Source of the DNA: Polyangiaceae bacterium
GTDB taxonomy: Bacteria; Myxococcota_A; Polyangia; Polyangiales; Polyangiaceae
Length of the DNA: 64,000 nucleotides
Direction: 5' to 3'
Assembly: GCA_965222375.1 (NCBI GenBank)
Contig: CBDCTZ010000005.1
Coordinates: 128,001-192,000 of the forward strand
This document shows positions 1-9,904 of the stretch, piece after piece. Position numbers and translations under genes: made by a program. Under the pieces are notes generated by a model that saw only the letters and a list, made by a program, of their open reading frames with translations, was not told where the DNA came from and searched no databases. The stretch's first letter is position 1; every line of letters begins with the position of its first letter.

Positions 1-202
1 GCCGGCGCCGAAAGCGGAAGAAGCCGCCCGGCAACCGCCGCCGATCAAGGCGCGACCCACCGCGCCCAAAGGCGGCAAGCCCAAGGCCGGCCCCGCACCC
101 TCGGGCAGCGCGCCGAAACCCAAGGGCAAGCCCAAAGGAGCGCCCTGCACGCGCTCCAGCGAATGTGCGAGCATGATCTGCGCCGCCGAAACATGCCAGT
201 AA
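1..202 (+). CDS. 3' end of a gene entering from the left edge (Pro/Lys-rich linker, terminal 4-Cys motif); possibly a Ser/Thr kinase tail
   Basis: Frame 2 reads PAPKAEE...KGAPCTRSSECASMICAAETCQ*, TAA at 200-202, overlapping the next ATG at 193; not in the ORF track. Confidence 0.7.
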   Translation, partial: PAPKAEEAARQPPPIKARPTAPKGGKPKAGPAPSGSAPKPKGKPKGAPCTRSSECASMICAAETCQ

Positions 203-1200
203 ACTCCTCGTTCTCGCGCACGGTGGTGTGCGCCGTCGCACTGCTCTGCATCCCGCTACCAGCCTACGCCGACGCCTACGAAGCAGCCTTCGCTCACGCC
301 ATCGCTGCGAAGGAGCGGGCCTTGGATTCCAACGATCCCGCAGCCTGGGACGAAGCCCTGGAACGCCTTCGGCGTGCCGATGCGCTACGGGAAACCAAAG
401 AGTGCAAGTACGAACTCGCCCAGGCCGCTGCTCGACTGCGCCAACAAGACTTGGCCTTTGAAGCCTTCGAGTCGTCTCTGGCTCTGGGGCTAGAGGGGTC
501 GGCAGCGGAAAAGGCCCGAGCTTTCTTGACCAAGCACGGACAGAGCCTGGGCCGGCTGAACATCTTGGGGCCTCAAGGCACGACGGTTCGAATCGCCAAC
601 CGTCACCGCGGAACCCTGCCGCTGGCCAAACCCCTCGTCGTGTTCGCAGGCGAAACGGCCGTCGAACTCAGTTTGGGGAGCCGAAGCGTCACCCGGACGG
701 CCCGGATCGCGTCCGGCATCGAAACCTTCCTCGATGCTCGCTTGGCGTTCGCGAAAACCCCGGAGCAACCCAAGCCAACGCCGCGTTTGCCACCAGACGA
801 TCCCGTAGCAGGCCCCGAGACCACTTCGCCCCACCCCGCCTCACCCTGGTTGTTGGGCGCCGGAATCGGCGTGGCCGCTACGGGAGCGGTTACGGTCATT
901 CTGTCCAGCGTCACCATCTCGTCGCGACGGGACGACTTGAAAAGCCACTGTGAAATCCCGGACGGCTCCGATGGCTGCCGATTCGCGCAACCGGCACTGC
1001 GGGATTCAGCGCAATCCGACGTCGACGCGCTGGCAACGTGGAAAGGCGTTCGAGTCGCCGGTTGGATCGGTGTGGGCGTGGGCGTTGGCCTGGGCAGCCT
1101 CGGGCTACTACTTCCGCGCAGCCAGGATCCCAAACCCACCGCGGGGCGGCTGCACCTTCAGCTGACGCCACGCAGCATCGCCGCGCACGGCACGTTCTGA
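193..1200 (+). CDS. Secreted TPR + PEGA-like domain protein
   Basis: Signal peptide, helical TPR-like segment, PEGA-like GTTVRI...GTLPL, Pro-rich linker, two C-terminal hydrophobic segments. Confidence 0.75.
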   Translation: MPVNSSFSRTVVCAVALLCIPLPAYADAYEAAFAHAIAAKERALDSNDPAAWDEALERLRRADALRETKECKYELAQAAARLRQQDLAFEAFESSLALGLEGSAAEKARAFLTKHGQSLGRLNILGPQGTTVRIANRHRGTLPLAKPLVVFAGETAVELSLGSRSVTRTARIASGIETFLDARLAFAKTPEQPKPTPRLPPDDPVAGPETTSPHPASPWLLGAGIGVAATGAVTVILSSVTISSRRDDLKSHCEIPDGSDGCRFAQPALRDSAQSDVDALATWKGVRVAGWIGVGVGVGLGSLGLLLPRSQDPKPTAGRLHLQLTPRSIAAHGTF

Positions 1201-1201
1201 C

Positions 1202-1672
1202 TCAACCCTTCATCTGCTCGGCGAGGTAATTCTCTTTACCGATCTCTTTGATCATATGCAGCTGGGCTTCGAGCCAGTCGATGCCTTCTTCCTCGTCCTC
1301 CAACACACCTTCGAGTAGCTCGCGGGTACCGGCGTCGGACTTGTCATGAGCTAGTGTGATGGTCTTGTTCAACCGTTGGCGCGCGTCGAGCTCCAGCTCC
1401 AGATCAAGCTTGTGCTGCTCCACGGCATCTTCGCCGACGCGCACCGGAGCGATGCGCTGCATGTTGGGCGTTCCATCCAGAAACAGAATCCGCTCGATGA
1501 TCGCGTCCGCATGCTTCATCTCGCTGATGGACTCGCTGCGTTTCTGTTTGGCGAGCCGAGCGTAGCCCCAGTTTTCACACATCTTGGCGTGAATGAAGTA
1601 CTGGTTGATGGCTCCGAGCTCCGCGGCAAGGATCTCGTTGAGCGCGTCGATGATTGCTGGGTCGCCCTGCAT
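1202..1672 (-). CDS. bfr: Bacterioferritin
   Basis: MQGDPAII...ELGAINQYFIH...EMKHAD..IERILFLDGTPN; 156 aa. Confidence 0.97.
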   Translation of the reverse strand: MQGDPAIIDALNEILAAELGAINQYFIHAKMCENWGYARLAKQKRSESISEMKHADAIIERILFLDGTPNMQRIAPVRVGEDAVEQHKLDLELELDARQRLNKTITLAHDKSDAGTRELLEGVLEDEEEGIDWLEAQLHMIKEIGKENYLAEQMKG

Positions 1673-1774
1673 CACTGGTCTCCCGGTTCGATTGGGCGGC
1701 CAGGCTAGCCCGCCGAGGCTCCGCTGGGAAAGGGCCAGAGCCGCGATATCTCGGTGATTTCCAGAGCTCATTTT

Positions 1775-1793
1775 GATATTGAAAACCATTATC
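1775..1793. promoter_or_regulatory. Fur box overlapping the bfd promoter
   Basis: GATATTGAAAACCATTATC matches 16/19 of GATAATGATAATCATTATC; TTGAAA 1779-1784 and TACACT 1801-1806 form a -35/-10 pair. Confidence 0.85.
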
Positions 1794-1827
1794 AACTTGC
1801 TACACTGTTCGTCAGCGAGGCCATTTC

Positions 1828-2061
1828 ATGCTGGTTTGTCACTGCCACCGAGTTTGCCACCGTCGGATCCTCGAAGCCGTAGAGGCGGGCGCCCACTCCC
1901 CGGAGCAGGTCGGCTCCGCGTGTGGAGCCGGCACCGCGTGTGGCGGCTGCTTGCCGACCATCGGAAACCTGCTGCCTTCCAAACACTCTGAAGAACCGTC
2001 GCATTCGAGCAGCGAAGCTGGCCGCAGCACGTCGACGCCACTTCAGCACAAAGTCGCCTAG
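1828..2061 (+). CDS. bfd: Bacterioferritin-associated [2Fe-2S] ferredoxin
   Basis: MLVCHC...GAGTACGGC Bfd cysteine pattern; adjacent to bfr. Confidence 0.92.
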   Translation: MLVCHCHRVCHRRILEAVEAGAHSPEQVGSACGAGTACGGCLPTIGNLLPSKHSEEPSHSSSEAGRSTSTPLQHKVA

Positions 2062-2179
2062 CGCTTAACGCTCGGAGCCACACTTTGCCCACGCATCGCG
2101 TGTGAACGCGGGGTGGAGATTGCGTGCAGAGTTGCGTTTTGGCTTGCGACGAAGGGAAAAGCGCGGCAAAGCCAGCGCC

Positions 2180-3475
2180 ATGCCTCGCTCAAAAGTCGCC
2201 ATCGTGCGCACGCGGCCCGAAACCGTTCTGGAAGACTATCACCGCTTGATGAATCTGGCGGGGTACCAGGAGCACGTCGATAAGTCAGCGGACACCGCGC
2301 TCAAGGTGAACATCTCTTGGCACTTCTTCTACCCCGGGTCCTCGACCACGCCCTGGCAGATGGAAGGCGTGATCCGAGCCATGAAGCGGGATGGATACGA
2401 TCCCGAGCTGATCCACGCCTGCCACAATCGCACGGTGGTGATCGACGCGCATCTCGGCGAGCGCGAAAACAAGCAGATCGACGTGGTCCAGGCCCACGGG
2501 CTGCGCAATGTGCACCTCTACGAGGGCGAAGGCTGGATCGACGTGCGTGAAGCAGTCGGAGATCTCACCAAGAAATTCCTGTGTCTGAACGAGGTCTACC
2601 CCAAGGGGTTCAGCATTCCGAAGCGCTTCCTCGGCGAGAACATCATCCATTTACCGACCATCAAGACCCACATCTTCACCACCACGACCGGCGCCATGAA
2701 GAACGCCTTCGGTGGATTGTTGAACGAGCACCGACATTGGACCCATCCGGTCATTCACGAAACCCTGGTGGACCTGCTGATGATCCAGAAGAAGATTCAT
2801 CGTGGAGTCTTCGCTGTCATGGACGGCACGTTCGTGGGAGACGGGCCTGGCCCTCGCTGCATGATCCCCCACGTGAAGAACGTGTTGCTGGCGTCTGCGG
2901 ATCAAGTAGCAATCGACGCTCTGGCCGGTAAGCTCATGGGTTTCGATCCCTTGGCCGACCTGAAGTTCGTGCGGTTGGCCCACGAACAGGGACTCGGCAT
3001 CGGCGATGTGCGGGACATCGAGGTCGTCGGCGACGTGGACGCTGCCGAAGAGAATTGGAACTTCGAGGGTCCCTTCAAGAACATGACCTTCGCGTCGAAG
3101 AACCAGCATCGCATCTACTGGGGGCCCCTGAAGAAACCCATCGAGTGGTCCCTGAAGACGTGGCTCGCGCCCTGGGCCTACGTGGCCAGCGTCACCTATC
3201 ACGACATCTACTGGTACCCGGTGTTTGGGAAGCCCCGAGTCGAAGAGGCGTTGCAGAGTGAGTGGGGGCGACTCTTCGCCAACTGGCAGAGCGCCAAACC
3301 GGATGCCGAGGGACGGGGCTACCCGGAGGTCGGTCACAGCAGCCCGGAGCTCGTTCGCACCGGCGTGAAGCACTTCCTCGAAGGGGCCCGACTCGCCACG
3401 ATGGCGGTGCTCGAATCTCCGGAGCTCAAGTCACGCCAACGCCAAAAGGAACGCGACGCCCGGGCCAGCGGCTGA
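2180..3475 (+). CDS. DUF362 domain protein
   Basis: LKVN, TTP, HLPTIKTH..TTTTGAMKN.FG, D.VAID motifs. Confidence 0.85.
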   Translation: MPRSKVAIVRTRPETVLEDYHRLMNLAGYQEHVDKSADTALKVNISWHFFYPGSSTTPWQMEGVIRAMKRDGYDPELIHACHNRTVVIDAHLGERENKQIDVVQAHGLRNVHLYEGEGWIDVREAVGDLTKKFLCLNEVYPKGFSIPKRFLGENIIHLPTIKTHIFTTTTGAMKNAFGGLLNEHRHWTHPVIHETLVDLLMIQKKIHRGVFAVMDGTFVGDGPGPRCMIPHVKNVLLASADQVAIDALAGKLMGFDPLADLKFVRLAHEQGLGIGDVRDIEVVGDVDAAEENWNFEGPFKNMTFASKNQHRIYWGPLKKPIEWSLKTWLAPWAYVASVTYHDIYWYPVFGKPRVEEALQSEWGRLFANWQSAKPDAEGRGYPEVGHSSPELVRTGVKHFLEGARLATMAVLESPELKSRQRQKERDARASG

Positions 3476-3660
3476 ACCAGAGGAGCCGCGACCACAGCGG
3501 TCGCCGCGGCGTCCCTGGGCAGGCACCAGCTTGCCAGAAAGTTCATACTTTTCCGCCAATTGCGCCGCGGGGTGGCCTGACGCGCCGCGGTCTGGCAGTG
3601 TCCGCCGCCGCGTGGCCATCGAAGTGGATCGGGGTGCGCGTCTTTGCACAGGAGTCGGCG

Positions 3661-5784
3661 ATGAACACACGCCTTGTCTTTGGGTTTGCCGCGCTGGCGG
3701 CAGCTGCGCTTTCGACCACCTTTGCCTGTAGCTCCGATGACTCAGGCGGCGGAGGAGGAGGCTCCAACGCGGATGCGGGCGTCGACGCGCCCGTCACGGC
3801 CAGGCCGGTGGGCTCGCCCTGTTCCTGTGACGCCGAGTGCTCTGGTGACCCGCAATTCCCAGCCGTGTGCTTGCACGGGCTATGCGCTCAACGCGCCCCC
3901 GGGCCTTGCGCCGCACCAGGCGAAGAGGCGGGCTGCCCCGCTGGAAGCAAGTGCTTCGATGTCGCCAGCGCCGGCGCGAGCGTCTGCCTGCCCGCTCTCG
4001 ATCCTGCCAACTGCTCGGGCGGCGCGATCAACCGCCACGAGGTCTGCTCCCCAATCAAAGGCAAAGGCTGTGATGCCAGCTGCGGGCAAGGCTGCACCCT
4101 GACGGACCCGGCGCCGGGCACCCCCGGGGCTGCCTGCACTGCCGACGGCCAGTGCGCGCTGACGGATCCCATGTGTTACGACGGCACCGAGCCGAGCGGT
4201 TGGGAAGGCGGATACTGTTTGAGCTTCGGCTGCACCGACTCCAGTCAGTGCAACGGCGGAGCTTGCCTCCCCGTGTCGACCAGCGGGGATGGCGTTTGCG
4301 TCCAACAATGCGGCCACGATCTCGACTGCCGGGTCGGCTACACCTGTTCCAAGGTCAAGGACGGCACGGGGACCTATTGCCGTGCCGGATGTGACGCGGC
4401 GTCACCCTGCCCGTCAGGTCGGGTCTGCTTGGACAACGAGTGCATCGATGAAAAGGTCGCCTGTAGCGCGAGCAACCCTCATGGGTTTTGCCCCGACGGA
4501 TCCTGGTGCGACAAGGGCACATGCAACACCGAGCCCTTCAAGTGCGATGGCTCCAAGGACGCGCTGGAAGACAACGACTCCCTGACCGCGGCCAAGCCCG
4601 CGCCGCCCGGCCAAACGGATGGTTTGACCATTTGCGCAGGCGACGAGGATTGGTTCAAGGTCACGGTGCCGAAGGGCAAGATCGTGCGCGTCGGCATCAC
4701 GTTCCAGCACGGCGCTGGCGATCTCGACATGATCGTGCTCGACAACAAGGGCTACCTGATCGGTTCGCGCTACGGCGAGATTTACCCCTACGGCGATCGC
4801 GCTCAGGAAACCAATACCGAGTTCTACGGCTTGTACAGTGAAGCCGGCGGGGCGGAGTACATGTTGCGAGTCGTTGGCTTCCAAGCCGCGCAGAACGTCT
4901 ACAGCCTCACTGTCGAAGAGATCGACTACCAGGACGGCGCGGTCTGCTCCGACATCTACCCCGCCGCCGAGTGCATCGGTCAGCAACCCGGCGGCAAAGG
5001 GCTGATTCCCCTGCCCTTCCCGGATACGGCGGCGGTCGCCACGGCTCCCGCCAACAACTACGCCTGGGATACCTACTCGAACTACCGCTTCGCCCGGCGT
5101 GAACTGGCGATGCTCGTACGACACGCCATTGCCGAAACAAGCAAGGCGTTCCCCGGCACGAAGCCCCTAGGTTTGATCGATACATGTCAAATCGACGGAA
5201 TCACCCCGGGCTATGACGTCAATGATCCGCGGCATCCGGAGACCACCCACGATCAGGGCGGCAACATCGATCTCGCTTTCTATCAGACCACGCCCGACAA
5301 TCGTGCGCGCATCGTCTGCAACGACGGCGCAAAGCACGCCGACGGTTTCTGCACCCCAAATGCCGTGAACACGCACACCGTCGACTTGCCGCGCCAGGCA
5401 TTCTTCATGGCGAAGCTATTCGCTTCGCCCCGGCTGCGGGTGATAGGCGTCGACCAAGTGCTCGCGCCTCTGATCGGGGATGCCGCCAAAGTGCTCGCAG
5501 CACTGCCACCGACGGACCCCCACCACATCACGCCTCAGGAGCTCGCAAAGTTCTCCTCGGCCATGGCCTTCGGGAGTGGATGGCCGTTCCATCACCATCA
5601 CATTCACGTGAGCTTGCATTGGTGGGGCAGCCAGACGGCACCGGTGATCAAACCGGGCACGATCAGTCCCTTCATCGAGGCCAATACGCCGGCCCATCCC
5701 CTCGACGACCTGTTCGTCGCATGGCCGCCGCGGGGCGCGGCAGCGCGACTCCCGTCGGCACGCCGTCTGCTTCCCGCGCAGTGA
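3661..5784 (+). CDS. Cys-rich lipoprotein with PPC domain and C-terminal MepA-like (LAS-type) Zn peptidase domain
   Basis: Lipobox FAC, Cys repeats, PPC-like EDND...DEDWFKV...GDLDM, then HPETTHDQGGNID and HHHHIHV. Confidence 0.75.
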   Translation: MNTRLVFGFAALAAAALSTTFACSSDDSGGGGGGSNADAGVDAPVTARPVGSPCSCDAECSGDPQFPAVCLHGLCAQRAPGPCAAPGEEAGCPAGSKCFDVASAGASVCLPALDPANCSGGAINRHEVCSPIKGKGCDASCGQGCTLTDPAPGTPGAACTADGQCALTDPMCYDGTEPSGWEGGYCLSFGCTDSSQCNGGACLPVSTSGDGVCVQQCGHDLDCRVGYTCSKVKDGTGTYCRAGCDAASPCPSGRVCLDNECIDEKVACSASNPHGFCPDGSWCDKGTCNTEPFKCDGSKDALEDNDSLTAAKPAPPGQTDGLTICAGDEDWFKVTVPKGKIVRVGITFQHGAGDLDMIVLDNKGYLIGSRYGEIYPYGDRAQETNTEFYGLYSEAGGAEYMLRVVGFQAAQNVYSLTVEEIDYQDGAVCSDIYPAAECIGQQPGGKGLIPLPFPDTAAVATAPANNYAWDTYSNYRFARRELAMLVRHAIAETSKAFPGTKPLGLIDTCQIDGITPGYDVNDPRHPETTHDQGGNIDLAFYQTTPDNRARIVCNDGAKHADGFCTPNAVNTHTVDLPRQAFFMAKLFASPRLRVIGVDQVLAPLIGDAAKVLAALPPTDPHHITPQELAKFSSAMAFGSGWPFHHHHIHVSLHWWGSQTAPVIKPGTISPFIEANTPAHPLDDLFVAWPPRGAAARLPSARRLLPAQ

Positions 5785-5791
5785 TACGCCC

Positions 5792-5817
5792 GGGCTCAGC
5801 CCGCCCGGGCTGGGCCC
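5792..5817. terminator. Hairpin between convergent genes
   Basis: GGGCTCAGCCCG-CC-CGGGCTGGGCCC. Confidence 0.55.
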
Positions 5818-5849
5818 TTCGCGTTGTGATCGCTCGCGCGTAGCGGAGC

Positions 5850-6788
5850 CTAGCTGGTGCTCGCAGCAGCCAGGGCGTCGAAACGGCGCTGGATCTCGTT
5901 CAAACGCCGCCCTAGATCCGCCTCGAAGTGAGCCACAAACGCCTCCAGTCGTGCGGAATGCTGGCGCCCCGAAGGGAACACCGCAAACAACGGAGAGGGC
6001 GGCACCTGCATCCTCGGCAGCACATGCTGCAGCCGACCCGCTTCCAGGTGCTCTGCGACCAGCCACAACGGCAACGGCGACAGCCCGAGGCCGGCGAGGG
6101 CGGCGTCTCGCACGGCTTCGATATCGTCAGACACTAGCCGCACGTTGAAGTCAGGCACCGCAGGCAGCACGCCCGCGGCCACCAGGTCGACCATGTTTTG
6201 GCGACTTCCAGTGTGGAGCACTGCCGCATGTCCGTCACCTTCCGCCAGGGATGTCGGCACGCCGTGCGCGTTCGCGTAGCTCGGAGCGCCAACGAGGATG
6301 ACCCCAACGTTGCCGAGCTTGCGCTGAGTCAGCGATCCGAAACCGGGCGTTCCAACTCGGATGGCGAGATCGATTCCCTCGCGCACGAGATCGATTGGGT
6401 GATCCGATAGCAGCAGCTCGACGCTGACCTGTTCATGACTCTGAAGAAACGTCGTCACTGAGGGCAACACGAAGCTCCGGCCAAATGCTCCCGGCGCGGA
6501 GACGCGCAGAGTTCCGGCTAGGGAGGTCTCACCCGCACGGACCTCGTTCTCTGCGTCCGTTAGCTCCAGAACCGCTCGAGACGCACGCTCGTAGAAGGCG
6601 CGCCCCGCCTCCGTAGGCGTCACCCGCCGGGTCGTTCTCACCAGTAGTCGAGCATTCAAGCGCTCCTCCAGAGCCGCGATGTGGCGGCTGACGCTCGGTT
6701 GAGAAATCCCCAGCTCGCGCGCGACCGCGGAAAAGCTCTCTCGCTCCACGACCCGGCAGAAAACCCGCAGACCGGTCAGCTCATCCAT
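5850..6788 (-). CDS. LysR family transcriptional regulator
   Basis: SFSAVARELGISQPSVSRHIAALEERL, RTTRRVTPTEAG. Confidence 0.96.
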   Translation of the reverse strand: MDELTGLRVFCRVVERESFSAVARELGISQPSVSRHIAALEERLNARLLVRTTRRVTPTEAGRAFYERASRAVLELTDAENEVRAGETSLAGTLRVSAPGAFGRSFVLPSVTTFLQSHEQVSVELLLSDHPIDLVREGIDLAIRVGTPGFGSLTQRKLGNVGVILVGAPSYANAHGVPTSLAEGDGHAAVLHTGSRQNMVDLVAAGVLPAVPDFNVRLVSDDIEAVRDAALAGLGLSPLPLWLVAEHLEAGRLQHVLPRMQVPPSPLFAVFPSGRQHSARLEAFVAHFEADLGRRLNEIQRRFDALAAASTS

Positions 6789-6801
6789 GCGCCACAAGCA
6801 T
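6787..6801. promoter_or_regulatory. Putative LysR T-N11-A binding site
   Basis: ATGC-N7-GCAT dyad at the lysR start in the divergent intergenic region. Confidence 0.55.
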
Positions 6802-6872
6802 AACTAATAGCCTGCCCGTGCGCATTATCATCGTCACGCGCATGAGTTAATTCAGAGGGGAAAGGGAAAACC

Positions 6873-8084
6873 ATGACCACAACCCCCTCGAATCCTGCGA
6901 AATCCACCAGCGCAAGGGTGCTGGACCGAGCCGGTGCCGCAATCAGCCGCCGCGGCTTCTGTGCTGGCGTCGGCGCCAGCTCGGTGATGTTGGTCAGCGT
7001 CGGCGGAATGCTCGCCGGCTGCGGCCAGTATGCCGCCGAAGAAGGCGTGGCCTATGCGCCCTGGGACTTTCCGAACGGTGAGACGGCGCCCGAGCGTATC
7101 GCTGTCGCCGCCGCGATCCTGGCGGCGAGCCCCCACAACACGCAGCCCTGGCTGTTCGCGATCACGCCGAGCGCGATCGACGTGTTCGCGAACATGGACC
7201 AGAGCCTCCACGCCATGGACCCCTTGGGGCGGGAGCTCTTCATTGGGCTCGGTTGCGCGATCGAAAACCTGGTCTTGGCGGCGGCCGCCCACGGTCGCGC
7301 CAGCACCATCACCTGGGAACCGTCAGCTGCGGATCCGCGCCATGTCGCTCGCATCGACCTGACCGACGCGCCGCCCAAGCTGAGCGCCCTGTATCGAGCC
7401 ATTCCCAATCGCCACACCAATCGCGGCCGCTACCTCGATGGCCACTCTCCCAAGGGCCTCGAGCCGGCGCTTCGCGCACTCATCGACGATTCAGACGTCG
7501 AACTCACGTTTCTCAGCGGGCCGGGCAAAGCCGAGTTTCGCCGCGGCACGATCGCTGCCACTCGCGCCATCGTGAACGACGCTGCCATGTGGGATGCGAG
7601 CCACAGTTGGTGGCGTCAAACCAAGGAGGAAATCGAGGAGCACCGCGACGGGCTCACTCTCGACGCGACCGGCCTGGGATCGTCGATCCGAGCCCTGGCC
7701 AAGGCATCTGGCAAACCGAGCGCCAAGAAGGCTGGAGAGTACTGGATCGACAGCAACGAAAACGAGCACACGACAGGGTTCGCATTCTGCTTGTTGTCCA
7801 CGAAAGTTCGCGACAGTCGCGAGCAGCAACTTCGGAGCGGTCGCATCTTTCAGCGCATGCACCTGTGGGCGACGACCCAGGGCCTGGCCGTACACCCGCT
7901 CAATCAGATGCCTGAGCGACAGGATCGAGAACAGGAAAAGGACCTCACGCCAAACTTCGGTCCAAAGCTGGCAGCCCTGACCGGCAAGATCGAGTCCGCG
8001 GTGCAGATGTCGTTCCGCATCGGTGTGGAGTGGGATCCCGCTATCAAGAGCCCACGGCGTCCCATCCCCTGGGTGACGAAATGA
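6873..8084 (+). CDS. Tat-exported Acg-family nitroreductase-like FMN protein
   Basis: SRRGFC twin-arginine signal; ASPHNTQPW, R.TNR.RY, GLAVHP.NQ, SPRR. Confidence 0.88.
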   Translation: MTTTPSNPAKSTSARVLDRAGAAISRRGFCAGVGASSVMLVSVGGMLAGCGQYAAEEGVAYAPWDFPNGETAPERIAVAAAILAASPHNTQPWLFAITPSAIDVFANMDQSLHAMDPLGRELFIGLGCAIENLVLAAAAHGRASTITWEPSAADPRHVARIDLTDAPPKLSALYRAIPNRHTNRGRYLDGHSPKGLEPALRALIDDSDVELTFLSGPGKAEFRRGTIAATRAIVNDAAMWDASHSWWRQTKEEIEEHRDGLTLDATGLGSSIRALAKASGKPSAKKAGEYWIDSNENEHTTGFAFCLLSTKVRDSREQQLRSGRIFQRMHLWATTQGLAVHPLNQMPERQDREQEKDLTPNFGPKLAALTGKIESAVQMSFRIGVEWDPAIKSPRRPIPWVTK

Positions 8085-8680
8085 CTCCAGCCGTGCCCAC
8101 AGCCTGTGCGGCTTTGGCCGCCGTGCTGCTCTTCACGGTCACTTCGTCCGCACAAGAGCGAGACCAGTTCGTCCCGATGGCGGGTCTGGAACTGGGCCAG
8201 AGTTGGGAACGCCTGTCGGTAACTTTCGACGGCCAAGAACAGAGCGAGGATCGTTGGCTCTGGAATACACGTGTCATGCTTGGCTTGAGCGTTCGGCTGC
8301 CGAACGTTGCCGGCATCGCGACGCGAGCGGATTCCACTGTCGCGTTCGGCGTCGTTCACCACACGGGGCACGGACACCTCGATCTGCGAGAGGCCGGCTT
8401 GTTGGAACTGCCCCTGGGCGCCGGCTTCAGCGTGCCCATAGGTGTGTCTGCCGGGGTCGTCATCGACACGGCCAGCAGCAAGCGAAGCGCGTTCGAAGCG
8501 GGGTTGCCCGTGGGCCTGCGATTTCGATTCGTGGAGTTGCTGTACCGTCCCGGCCTGTCTCTGCCCCTGGGCGCCGAAGAGCGCCGCGTCTTCACCGGAA
8601 GCCGGAAGCACTCCGCGCGGCCGGGCATCGTTCCTCTCGACCTTTCGCTGCGCTTTCACCTAACCGGCCTCGGCTTCTAA
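8081..8680 (+). CDS. Secreted protein, possibly outer-membrane beta-barrel
   Basis: ATGA overlap with upstream stop, signal peptide, amphipathic strands, terminal Phe. Confidence 0.65.
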   Translation: MTPAVPTACAALAAVLLFTVTSSAQERDQFVPMAGLELGQSWERLSVTFDGQEQSEDRWLWNTRVMLGLSVRLPNVAGIATRADSTVAFGVVHHTGHGHLDLREAGLLELPLGAGFSVPIGVSAGVVIDTASSKRSAFEAGLPVGLRFRFVELLYRPGLSLPLGAEERRVFTGSRKHSARPGIVPLDLSLRFHLTGLGF

Positions 8681-8726
8681 AACGACCGCTCGCTTCCAGT
8701 GACAGCGTCCGCTACGGTCCCCGGCC

Positions 8727-9836
8727 TTGCCTGTAACGACGCACTCCGAGCCTCACCGCCCCGATCCCCCTGCGCCGGATCTCGAGGCGTTCTTGAGCGA
8801 GATCCAGACCCTACGCAGGGAGATCCGAGAATCTCTCGGACCCCAAGATCTGCGCCACCTGCGAAAGATCCAGCGCTGGGGTCGCCTCGGGACCGCCCTT
8901 GGGTTGGCGACCGCGTGGATGGGCCCCAACCCCGTGAGTGCATCCGCCCTGGCCTTGGGGCGCTCGACGCGCTGGCTGATGATGCACCACGTCGGTCACC
9001 GGGGATACGACCGCGTCCCCAATGTGCCCGAAACTCTGACCAGCCGGCGGTTTGCACGTGGCCCGCGGCGCTACGTGGATTGGCTGGATTGGATGCTCCC
9101 GGAAGCCTGGATCTACGAGCACAATGTGCTGCACCACTCGAACACTGGCGAGGACAAAGACCCCGACGTCGTCGAACGCAACACTCAGTGGGTGCGCGCC
9201 CTGCCCCAGCCTGCCCGTTACGCGATTCTCGGGCTTCTCGCTTTCACTTGGCGCGCCAGCTACTACGCACAGAATACGACCGAAGAGTGGCTGGCGAGGC
9301 ACGGACAAAAGCCAACCCGGGCGAAGCTCGCCAAAGTGCTCTGCGTCGACGCCCTCCTGCCCTACGCGCTGGTGCAATTCGGCGCGTTGCCCCTGCTGTA
9401 TTTACCATTGGGTCCCCTGGGCGTCGGCAGCGCCTTGGCCAATAGCGTGTGCGCTGACTTGTTGACGAATCTGCACACCTTCCTGGTCGTCGGGCCCAAC
9501 CACACCGGCGAAGACGTCCCTCGTTTCGACGACCGCCCGGCCAACAAGGCCGAGTACTACGCGCGCCAAGTCATCGGCTCGGTCAATTTTCGCACGGGCA
9601 GCGATCTGAATGACTTCGCCCACTTGTGGCTGAACTACCAGATCGAACACCACCTATTTCCCGACATTCCGATGCTGAAGTACCAGCAGATCCAGCCGCA
9701 GGTTCGACGCCTTTGTGAGCGTCACGGACTGCCCTACGTTCAGGAAAGCGTCTGGACTCGGTTCCGGAAGATGGCCGATGTCTTTGTCGGCAAGGCCCAG
9801 ATGCCGCGACGACGCAGCGGTCGGCTCTTCGCCTAG
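8727..9836 (+). CDS. Membrane fatty acid desaturase
   Basis: His boxes HHVGH, HNVLHH, QIEHH. Confidence 0.93.
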   Translation: MPVTTHSEPHRPDPPAPDLEAFLSEIQTLRREIRESLGPQDLRHLRKIQRWGRLGTALGLATAWMGPNPVSASALALGRSTRWLMMHHVGHRGYDRVPNVPETLTSRRFARGPRRYVDWLDWMLPEAWIYEHNVLHHSNTGEDKDPDVVERNTQWVRALPQPARYAILGLLAFTWRASYYAQNTTEEWLARHGQKPTRAKLAKVLCVDALLPYALVQFGALPLLYLPLGPLGVGSALANSVCADLLTNLHTFLVVGPNHTGEDVPRFDDRPANKAEYYARQVIGSVNFRTGSDLNDFAHLWLNYQIEHHLFPDIPMLKYQQIQPQVRRLCERHGLPYVQESVWTRFRKMADVFVGKAQMPRRRSGRLFA

Positions 9837-9904
9837 AGGCACCCTCGGCGCAGCCGCGCCCAGGGTGGTTGACGGCGCGGCGTGGCCCGCGCATGCCTCG
9901 GCGC

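Noticed and set aside
1202..3475. Encapsulin-type iron compartment
   Set aside because: No shell gene or clear targeting peptide; ordinary Bfr
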